From the NCBI GenBank assembly GCA_965243485.1, contig CBDEVP010000001.1:5121835-5185834 (forward strand): 64,000 bases of DNA, read 5' to 3'. The number at the start of each line of letters is the position of its first letter. Position 1 is the first letter of the stretch. The stretch is from Cyclobacteriaceae bacterium. GTDB lineage: Bacteria > Bacteroidota > Bacteroidia > Cytophagales > Cyclobacteriaceae. The notes beneath the pieces were generated by a model. The model searched no databases. It saw only the letters and a list, made by a program, of their open reading frames with translations, and was not told the DNA's origin. Positions 10,036 through 18,118 of the stretch are shown here, one piece after another. The translations under genes and the position numbers were made by a program.

Positions 10036-11487
10036 ATGAATAAAGCCATAGTGGTCATTGCCATATCACTAACGTTGGGTTGCACACAGCAAAATCACAG
10101 GATTGGTCAACCTAATGTTGTTTTCATACTGGCTGACGACCTGGGTTGGGCAGACCTTCCCGTGTACGGAAATCTATTCAATGAAGCACCGAACCTGACC
10201 ACTCTGGCCAATCAGGGAATGCGCTTTACCAACGCATATGCCGCCTGTCCGGTTTGCTCTCCTACGAGAGCCAGTATCCAATCGGGACAATATCCGGCGA
10301 GAGTAGGTGTGATCGACTTTATCCCAGGCCATTGGCGCCCCTACGAAAAGGTAATTGTTCCGAAAAATCGAACGCAGTATTTGCCTCCGGAGAATATCAC
10401 CATGGCAGAATCGCTCAGGGATATAGGATACAAAACAGGTTATTTTGGCAAATGGCACCTGGGCGGGCGAGGCATGAAACCCAGAGATCAGGGGTATGAT
10501 GTGCAGGTAGAATCTCCCGGCCGCTTTTTCAACTTTGCAGAGAAAATGGATCCTCCGCAAGCGTTTGGTGAGAAGGTCGTATTATCCGAAGCACTGACAG
10601 ACCTCAGCCTGGAATTTATTGAGTCCAACAAGGAAAATCCCTTCTTTCTCTTTTTGGCTCATTACGATGTTCATGTTCAACTTGATGCCCAACCAGAACT
10701 CATCGAAAAGTATCTGGACAAGCCCAAAGCTCAAGGCTATCCTTCCAATGCTGTTTATGCGGCCATGATCGAAAACATTGATACCAGCACCGGAAGAATC
10801 ATGCAAAAGCTGGAGGAACTTGACCTGACCGACAACACAATCATCATCTTCTTTTCTGACAATGGGGGTCTGATCAGCAGGTTTGATCAAATACCCCTGA
10901 TCAACGAATCTAAACAGCACTATTATGAGGATGATTCATTGTTATACATCGCTTCTTCGAATGCTCCCTTAAGAGCTGAGAAAGGTACTTTATTCGAGGG
11001 TGGCATTCGTGAACCTTTGATCATCAGGTGGCCAGGTAAGGTGAAGGCAGGAACGGTCAATGAATCATTGATTACCAGTGTGGATTTCTATCCCACACTG
11101 ATGGAAATTGCCGGAGAAAACTCCTCTCCACAACTATTGGATGGTGAAAGTATTGTCCCCATCCTTACGAAGGATCAACAAGTATATGAGCGCCCTGTAT
11201 ACTGGCATTATCCGGTGTATCATCATGATGAACCAGCCAGTGCTGTCCGGAAAGGAGACTTTAAACTGATCCGGAACCTGGTGGACTCCACCCTGGAGCT
11301 CTATAATATAAAAGAAGACATTTCCGAAACGACGAACTTGGCAGATATTGAAATTGAAAAACGTGACGAATTGTTTGTCCTTTTAACAACCTGGCAAAAA
11401 GAGGTCAAAGCAGAATTTCCGATACCAAATCCAAATTTTGATCCTGAAAAGCGATTTGAATGGGGTACACATCCTGATCGCAATTAG
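10036..11487 (+). CDS. S1 (formylglycine-dependent) sulfatase, lipoprotein
   Basis: 483 aa with a lipoprotein signal (LTLGC). ILADDLGWADL metal-binding block and the C-x-P-x-R signature in CPVCSPTRASIQSGQY. Confidence 0.9.
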   Translation: MNKAIVVIAISLTLGCTQQNHRIGQPNVVFILADDLGWADLPVYGNLFNEAPNLTTLANQGMRFTNAYAACPVCSPTRASIQSGQYPARVGVIDFIPGHWRPYEKVIVPKNRTQYLPPENITMAESLRDIGYKTGYFGKWHLGGRGMKPRDQGYDVQVESPGRFFNFAEKMDPPQAFGEKVVLSEALTDLSLEFIESNKENPFFLFLAHYDVHVQLDAQPELIEKYLDKPKAQGYPSNAVYAAMIENIDTSTGRIMQKLEELDLTDNTIIIFFSDNGGLISRFDQIPLINESKQHYYEDDSLLYIASSNAPLRAEKGTLFEGGIREPLIIRWPGKVKAGTVNESLITSVDFYPTLMEIAGENSSPQLLDGESIVPILTKDQQVYERPVYWHYPVYHHDEPASAVRKGDFKLIRNLVDSTLELYNIKEDISETTNLADIEIEKRDELFVLLTTWQKEVKAEFPIPNPNFDPEKRFEWGTHPDRN

Positions 11488-11518
11488 TCATCATATCAAC
11501 TTCATTCGTAAAGTCTGG

Positions 11519-12934
11519 TTAAACCTGATCCACCCTCGGAAAAATGGGTGGTAAGGCTTCTACATCAATGATACCATCATTATTTCTGAGTTCTTCTCTG
11601 AGCCGGTTGATATCTACTTCAGCAAATGACACCCGATTTTCAACTACCTGAGCGGCAGCCAGTCCGGCGGCCTCACCCATCGCCATGATCGGGGCCATGA
11701 CCCTGACAGGCCCCAGCACCTGACCTTCAACAGACACCGCACGGCCGGGATTGATGAGATTCCTGATGGGCCGCGGGATCATAATCCGGTATGGCATAGG
11801 GGTACTTAATCCTTTCTGGACTTTGTACTTGTAGCCATCTACCTTATCATCAGCAAATGGCTGCACACTTGGCTTATCCGGATCCGGCAGATCCCAGCCA
11901 TACATGCTGAATCCAATGGTATCGTCAAAGGTGTTGTTTTCGGTCAAGTCCCTCACTGTAAGTGTAAAATCTCCGATGATCCTTCGTGTCTCCCTTATCC
12001 CCAACTGGGGTGCAATGGATTTAATCTTCACATTTTCAAATCCGGGAAAGTGCTTCTTAAAGATCTCCATCAATTTGTGGATCTCTTTCCGTCCACGAAC
12101 CATTCCTTTTGAAATAGACGAACCGTCGGTCCCGTCAACTCCTACCAGCCTTGTGGTGTTTATATAAAACTCACCTTTGTCCAGCAGCTGGGTAGCTATA
12201 AAAATGTCATACGGAAAATCCCATTCTCCAGTCTTCTTCAAGGAATTGATTAAATCCCTTAACTTCGGGTCCCTTAATTCCTCAATGTACCGGGTGAATT
12301 TATCCTGATCCACATTGTATACATGAAAAATCAGAGAAGCAGGGGTCATCTTACCATCCTCTCTCCTTCCTTTAATGGTTTCGCAGCCCGACTTGAAGGC
12401 AATATCCGCATTTCCGGTGGCATCAATGACAGCTTTGACCCTGATGGCCTGAAGCCCCGAGCGATTGTAGATGACGACATGGCTGATCTGCTCATCCGCA
12501 ACAATCGCATCCACGGCCTGCGTATGTAGCAAAACATCGACGCCCGCAGCTTTCAGTTTCTCATCCAGGAAAAGGTCCATGTAGAATGGATCAAATGGAA
12601 CGCCATGAATAAACCAGTTATACCAGCCAAAAGGATGATATTTCTCGTTCGGATTAAGTTCTGGTAAGAGTGCAAATCCCTTTTCGGTAGCCTCGGTAGA
12701 CAATTCCTTGAAGATCCCGCCAACAACCCACTCTCCTTCCTGGGTCCGGCCGCCCAGCCACTGAGAGACTAAAGCCGTCACTCCCATGCCACCCAGCTGT
12801 CCAGTACTTTCGACCAGCAAGACTTTCTGACCGGACCTGGCACTGGAAAGCGCCGCCGCACAACCTGCCGGACCTCCCCCACAAACGATGATGTCGTAGT
12901 CTGCATTCTCTTCAATAGTCACTTTATATTCCAT
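11519..12934 (-). CDS. FAD-dependent oxidoreductase (FAD_oxidored-type), cytoplasmic
   Basis: 471 aa with no signal peptide. N-terminal Rossmann dinucleotide motif DIIVCGGGPAGCAAALSSAR. Confidence 0.8.
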   Translation of the reverse strand: MEYKVTIEENADYDIIVCGGGPAGCAAALSSARSGQKVLLVESTGQLGGMGVTALVSQWLGGRTQEGEWVVGGIFKELSTEATEKGFALLPELNPNEKYHPFGWYNWFIHGVPFDPFYMDLFLDEKLKAAGVDVLLHTQAVDAIVADEQISHVVIYNRSGLQAIRVKAVIDATGNADIAFKSGCETIKGRREDGKMTPASLIFHVYNVDQDKFTRYIEELRDPKLRDLINSLKKTGEWDFPYDIFIATQLLDKGEFYINTTRLVGVDGTDGSSISKGMVRGRKEIHKLMEIFKKHFPGFENVKIKSIAPQLGIRETRRIIGDFTLTVRDLTENNTFDDTIGFSMYGWDLPDPDKPSVQPFADDKVDGYKYKVQKGLSTPMPYRIMIPRPIRNLINPGRAVSVEGQVLGPVRVMAPIMAMGEAAGLAAAQVVENRVSFAEVDINRLREELRNNDGIIDVEALPPIFPRVDQV

Positions 12935-12986
12935 CAGTAATATTTTTATCTTATCAAAATTTTAAGTCACAATCCCATGCGGGAGA

Positions 12987-14780
12987 TCATTTAGGGTTTC
13001 TATTTAGTATTTCCTCAGTAACTACATAGCTCCGTAAAAAAGGCATTTCCGCAGGCTCGCCGCCATTCCCTCCAACTGTATAATCGGCAATGACAATCGT
13101 ACCATCGTCCATCTGCGTAATAGCCGGATATCCGGTGTGCGCAAAATGATCAGCTATCAATTCCAGCGCTACGATCCTGTCTCTTCTGAATTGATCAGGG
13201 TACCCTTTGGATACATCCCATGTCCAATGAATATCATAATCCTCCTTGTTGTCGACCTTTACGCTAAGTGATCTCCAGTGACTTTCAGAGTCCATCTTCC
13301 AGTCATCGTTGGCACCAACTTCGACATCATCAAAATTGAAATTGCTGACATGCCTGTTTCCTATCTGAACATGTCTGTTTTCAAGTCCTTTGATCGAAGA
13401 CCGGAGGCGGGACTTTCCATCAACCAGAATCTCCAACTTGCTGTCTCTCCTGATCACCTCGTATTTATGCCACTTGCTGGCGTCGATATCAAATCCTTTG
13501 TCAGGATCAAGCGTGAGGTATACCCTGTCAGGTTCAATGCTCACCCAGCATCCCGCACCTATCACGCATCCGTTACTTTCCGCACGATCCACTTTTATCT
13601 CGGCATTGATTTGAACTGTGGTCTCCGGCGACTGTGCAGGATAGAATCCCAAAACAAAGGAATTACGAAGTCCATCTCCCGTCCTGATCACCATAGATCC
13701 ATCTTCCAGGGTGCAGGTTTCTTCCCTGTAAACAAATGTTGCAGGCTGGTAACTGAACTTTTCCTCCGGATCGAATAAGAAAGCGTAGGTTCCCGGCGTT
13801 CCCCACCTGTTTCGGTAAACCGCTAATAATTTGCCTGACTGTAGTTTTCGCACGATCGGACGTTGGGCGTAGATCGGCGACAATTGCGGATTTTCCCAGG
13901 ATTGACCACCATCATAACTATAAACAAAGCGGCTGGGCTGCTTAAATGCTCCACCACCCATGCCAACACGCGTGATGGCCAAAAGCTTATCTCCTTCGAG
14001 GTTGACGGTACCGACCTCGCAATCTCCAAAATAAGGGTCATCTGCAATAATAACAGGTGGTTCCCATGTCTTTCCACCGTCTGTTGATCGCACCGATTCA
14101 TTTAGGTAATAGATATCTCCCCACGGCATAGGCGCATCCCAGAGCTTATCAGTTTTCTTTGACCTTGTCCTGGTGTATATCAAATTGCCATTTTCTAATT
14201 CTGTTATGTACCCCGGCTCTCCACCCAAATCATCAATCTTGTGGGGTCCGGTCCACGTTTTTCCATCATCATGGCTCCAAAACAGGTGATTAGACATACC
14301 CCTGTTATCTTGTTGCCATTGGCTCAGCATCGGCCAATCCTGCTGGGACGTGCGGTTTCCCCAATCACAGATGATGACCAGTCTGCCGTCACCCAAAGCC
14401 GTCAGTTGGGGGGCGATCCAGACACCTTTCTGATTCCATACATCACCGTGGGCGATGCTGTGGTGACCGGACCAATTCTTACCATCTGTTGAATAGGTTA
14501 CCATGATATCAGTACTTACTGCAGTATGGAAATCAGATCTTCTATAAGTGGCTACCAATCCGGTTTTTGTGGCAGCAACGCCGGCTACTGAATAGTACCA
14601 GCCGTCTTTACTGAAGGATAACGGATCAGGAACGGTGTCTCTCACCAGATCATACTTGTATTCATCCGGAAGACGATACATCCCCTGCGAGAAGGACGGG
14701 TTACAAATTCCCAACCCAACCAGGAACAGTCCATAAAATAGTAAGTTTCTATTTCCCATTGATTTGAAGTTCATGCTCAA
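12987..14780 (-). CDS. BNR/Asp-box sialidase-like beta-propeller lipoprotein with an inserted jelly-roll-like domain
   Basis: 597 aa with a lipoprotein signal (LGIC). Asp-boxes YSTDGKNW, SHDDGKTW, STDGGKTW and SYDGGQSW; no FRIP motif seen. Alternative start at Met8 (14759). It overlaps the upstream PhyH stop. Confidence 0.7.
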   Translation of the reverse strand: MSMNFKSMGNRNLLFYGLFLVGLGICNPSFSQGMYRLPDEYKYDLVRDTVPDPLSFSKDGWYYSVAGVAATKTGLVATYRRSDFHTAVSTDIMVTYSTDGKNWSGHHSIAHGDVWNQKGVWIAPQLTALGDGRLVIICDWGNRTSQQDWPMLSQWQQDNRGMSNHLFWSHDDGKTWTGPHKIDDLGGEPGYITELENGNLIYTRTRSKKTDKLWDAPMPWGDIYYLNESVRSTDGGKTWEPPVIIADDPYFGDCEVGTVNLEGDKLLAITRVGMGGGAFKQPSRFVYSYDGGQSWENPQLSPIYAQRPIVRKLQSGKLLAVYRNRWGTPGTYAFLFDPEEKFSYQPATFVYREETCTLEDGSMVIRTGDGLRNSFVLGFYPAQSPETTVQINAEIKVDRAESNGCVIGAGCWVSIEPDRVYLTLDPDKGFDIDASKWHKYEVIRRDSKLEILVDGKSRLRSSIKGLENRHVQIGNRHVSNFNFDDVEVGANDDWKMDSESHWRSLSVKVDNKEDYDIHWTWDVSKGYPDQFRRDRIVALELIADHFAHTGYPAITQMDDGTIVIADYTVGGNGGEPAEMPFLRSYVVTEEILNRNPK

Positions 14781-15555
14781 AATTTCTTACTTCTTCAAAC
14801 TGCGTGGAACCAGCCAATAGTTTACCTAACCTTGGCTTCCGATGATTATATACCTCCACTGCATCCGCATCGGCATATCTTAAAAAGAGTATCCTTCTGT
14901 CCCTGGTCTTCGAAAAATTGCCATTGGAGTTGTGTAAGGTCCAGCAATGGAAAATCAGAGTATCACCGGGTTCCATGTGCATGGGAATGGCCTTGCTCTC
15001 ATCCACATCCACATGAATAGCCTCCAGACCTTCTCTATCCCGCTCCTTAATTTGGATCTGACCCTCGAGGTGACTTTTGGGTATTAAATACAAACATCCA
15101 TTGTCGTCATCAACCTTCTCTAATGCGGTGAGCGAAGTGATGGTATTGTAGGGTTCTAATTCTCCATATCCATTATCCTGATGCCAGTCAAATGACTTCG
15201 TATTTCCACGCATCTTGAATGTAAGCTGGGAAGTGGCACCTTTGATATTTGGTCCGATGATTTGTTTTGCAATTTCAAGGATGGGTCCCTGAAAGTAAAA
15301 ATCCCTGACGGCCTGTGACTTTTTATGTATATCAACCAGTAATGAATTTTGCAGCCATGTGCCGTCTTCTCTGAAAGGCCCTTTTTCCTTATTCCACTCT
15401 CTCATCGACTCCTCCAAGAGGACCTCCACCCCTTTTTCGGTCAAAGTTTTACCCAACAACAGGTATCCATTTTCCTGGTAAAACTGCAGCTGCTCATCTG
15501 TCAGTTTTCTATAATTAAACAAGTCCTTATTCATTGGAATGATTTGATTTTTCAA
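14749..15555 (-). CDS. phytanoyl-CoA dioxygenase (PhyH) family Fe(II)/2-oxoglutarate dioxygenase
   Basis: 268 aa, cytoplasmic. HxD facial-triad motif in WHQDNGY, distal His in FHCWTLHNS and an Arg-rich RDRRILF block. The start overlaps the upstream transporter gene by 29 nt. Confidence 0.75.
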   Translation of the reverse strand: MKNQIIPMNKDLFNYRKLTDEQLQFYQENGYLLLGKTLTEKGVEVLLEESMREWNKEKGPFREDGTWLQNSLLVDIHKKSQAVRDFYFQGPILEIAKQIIGPNIKGATSQLTFKMRGNTKSFDWHQDNGYGELEPYNTITSLTALEKVDDDNGCLYLIPKSHLEGQIQIKERDREGLEAIHVDVDESKAIPMHMEPGDTLIFHCWTLHNSNGNFSKTRDRRILFLRYADADAVEVYNHRKPRLGKLLAGSTQFEEVRNFEHELQINGK

Positions 15556-18106
15556 TTGTATAAAATGTTAAACCTTTAAGATCTTTTGTGCCGGGAAAGA
15601 AATAGCTGGCCAGCCAACCAAACAGAAATGCACTGACCATCCCTATGCCGCTATATAAAAAGAAGTTCACCTGCGTATATTCTTTTACCAAGAACAGTAA
15701 CAAAGCACTTAAAACGGCCCCAATGCTGGCTCCTACAGCACTGGCTCTCAGGGTGAAAATGCCAAGTACAAAAATCCCTGTCATAGCTCCGGTAAATAAG
15801 CTGGCCACTTCCAGGATTATGTCCCATACCGAGGTAATTTCTACCTGACTCATTACGAGGGCGATGAGCGTTCCAAGCAAACCGAATCCAATAGTTGTAA
15901 ACTGTGCAATTCTTACTTTCCTGGATTCATCATAATTGTCCAAAGCTTCTCCAAAAAAGTCTCTCATGAGAACGGTGGTGCTGCTATGAATAGAACTGTC
16001 CACACTAGACATAGCTGCTGCAAATATTCCGGCGATAATGACCCCACTTATTCCTACAGGGAGGTTTTGTCCGATAAAATAGGGTACGATGCCATCAGGA
16101 GAAAGCGAGGGATCCAGTGATTGCGGGTTCAGCTTGTAATAAACAAATAAGGCAGTGCCCAGACCAAACACAAGCAGCGCCCAGGGTATGCTGACCAGGG
16201 CATCCGTCCAGAGTGCCTTTGCAGTCTCTTTTTCATTCCTTGTTGTCAGATAACGTTGAACAACCGATTGATCAGTAGCCAGCATACTGATCCTGTTAAA
16301 AATATTTCCAATAATTATCACCCAGAAAACAGCCATAGTAAGGTTCAGGTCGAAGCTTCCCAGACTGAACTTATGATCATTCCAGGCAATCTGTGTAAAG
16401 CGGGCCATACCCCCCTCAATTTGAAAGAGGATGAAAATGATGCAGAGGAAGACCCCTCCAAAAAGCACAAACGCCTGGATCACATCGATCCATATTACGG
16501 CATTCATACCGCCCAGCGCAGTATAGGCAGTGGCCAAAATTCCAATCATTGAAATACATAGCAGCACATCTATCCCTGTAACTGCTGATAGTGCCAATGA
16601 AGGAAGGAAAATAATGGCTCCTAATCTACCCAGCAATTGGAAAAGGAGATAAAGGGATGCTATGAATAACCTGACAAATTGATTAAATCTTTTTTCAAGA
16701 TACTCATAGGCACTTGTGACATTGAGTCTTCGGTAAAAGGGCACAAAAATGTAGACCGTCACAGGTACGGCTACAAACCAGGTAAAGACACCGGCAAAAT
16801 AACTCCAGTCCGTTGCAAAAGATTTGGCCGGAATGGCCATGAAACCAATAGAGCTCACCTGGGCAGCCATCATACTCACTCCCGCAGCCCAGAACGGAAT
16901 TTTTCGTCCACCCAGAAAAAAGTCACCCGTATTCTTGTTTCTCTTAGCAAAATAGGGTCCTAACAATACAATAATGCCTAAGTAAAAGAACAAGGTCAGG
17001 TAATCCAGCCAGTGAAAGTGATTCATTTCACCCTTAGCCAGCCTTCCTGAGTAAATTAGGGGTGTTCTTTCACCAGGTGTATTTTCTCCTCCCGGAATGA
17101 TCAGCCTGCCATCATATTGAACAACCGAAGTTGCAGCCAATCCCTGTGGCATGGTTCCCACTTCGTACCATATGTTGGTAATTGTATTATACGAATAGAT
17201 CTGCATCGGGAATCTATAGGCACTTTTGAGTATTTCCAGTTTGTCGATATCATGGCCGTCAGAACCGCTAAATACCCAGATCTGAGATAACCCGATAGGC
17301 GCTGAAGCAGCAACAAATAGTGGACGTGGTAGAGGTTGTTTCTTTGACCAGTTATTCCGGGTTTTTAACGGGTCATATTCCCAAACTTCGTTCAGATACT
17401 TATCACTGGTTTTTCCCCCGATCAGGTAGAGACATTGATGATCACCATTTGTTTGTGTGATCAGGCTTGCTCCTGCTCTCGAAAATCCCTCCCAGGAGTC
17501 TTCCTTCATCCATCCCGAGGAGATATCGCTGAGATCCAATCTTAGAAACTGGTCTGATGATTGGACCCCCTCAGGATGAACCATATATCCCCCGGCCACA
17601 TAGATCCTTTCCGCCAATAGAGCTGCCGAGAGATGAGAGGTTGGATAGGGAAGCTCGGGTAGTTGCTGGTTGAAAGAGATCTTATTCTCAGCGGTGAATG
17701 TTAGTTTAAACACACTGCTTAGTTTCCCCTGCGCATTCTCACCACCGATCAGTACCAGTCCATCCTTTAAGAGAACAGCCGCTCCATGCGCACATTTTTC
17801 AGGCAGCAGGCCGCGGTATTGCCAGGTGGATGTGTCACTATCTAATGTCAGGGAAAAGACTGAATCAAGATAAATCTTGGTTCCTCCGTCCCATTTATCG
17901 TTGTCAAAATAGCTCCCTCCTGCAACGATCAGCTGATTATCGACAATTCCAATGTATGCGCCACTTAATCCTTTGTCGATTGGCAATGATGGAAAAGCGC
18001 GTTCTTCCCAGGAGATCCAATTTTCTGTCTCTTTGGAAAAACCCTTTACACTTATCAAGCAGAATATTAGAAAAAGACTATTGAAGAATATTAACCGTCC
18101 TGTCAT
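15527..18106 (-). CDS. fusion protein: NanM-like Kelch propeller (cyclically permuted mutarotase type) + sodium:solute symporter (SSS/SLC5)
   Basis: 859 aa. Residues about 1-355 carry a signal/anchor plus Kelch-type repeats (VAGGSYF, LIGGENAQG, VAGGYM, LIGGKTS, FSGSDG, IPGGEN). Residues about 365-859 are a polytopic SSS permease (GDFFLGGRKIPFWAAGVSMMAAQVSSIGFMAIPAKSFATDW). Confidence 0.8.
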   Translation of the reverse strand: MTGRLIFFNSLFLIFCLISVKGFSKETENWISWEERAFPSLPIDKGLSGAYIGIVDNQLIVAGGSYFDNDKWDGGTKIYLDSVFSLTLDSDTSTWQYRGLLPEKCAHGAAVLLKDGLVLIGGENAQGKLSSVFKLTFTAENKISFNQQLPELPYPTSHLSAALLAERIYVAGGYMVHPEGVQSSDQFLRLDLSDISSGWMKEDSWEGFSRAGASLITQTNGDHQCLYLIGGKTSDKYLNEVWEYDPLKTRNNWSKKQPLPRPLFVAASAPIGLSQIWVFSGSDGHDIDKLEILKSAYRFPMQIYSYNTITNIWYEVGTMPQGLAATSVVQYDGRLIIPGGENTPGERTPLIYSGRLAKGEMNHFHWLDYLTLFFYLGIIVLLGPYFAKRNKNTGDFFLGGRKIPFWAAGVSMMAAQVSSIGFMAIPAKSFATDWSYFAGVFTWFVAVPVTVYIFVPFYRRLNVTSAYEYLEKRFNQFVRLFIASLYLLFQLLGRLGAIIFLPSLALSAVTGIDVLLCISMIGILATAYTALGGMNAVIWIDVIQAFVLFGGVFLCIIFILFQIEGGMARFTQIAWNDHKFSLGSFDLNLTMAVFWVIIIGNIFNRISMLATDQSVVQRYLTTRNEKETAKALWTDALVSIPWALLVFGLGTALFVYYKLNPQSLDPSLSPDGIVPYFIGQNLPVGISGVIIAGIFAAAMSSVDSSIHSSTTVLMRDFFGEALDNYDESRKVRIAQFTTIGFGLLGTLIALVMSQVEITSVWDIILEVASLFTGAMTGIFVLGIFTLRASAVGASIGAVLSALLLFLVKEYTQVNFFLYSGIGMVSAFLFGWLASYFFPGTKDLKGLTFYTIEKSNHSNE

Positions 18107-18118
18107 TTCTAAGGAAAA

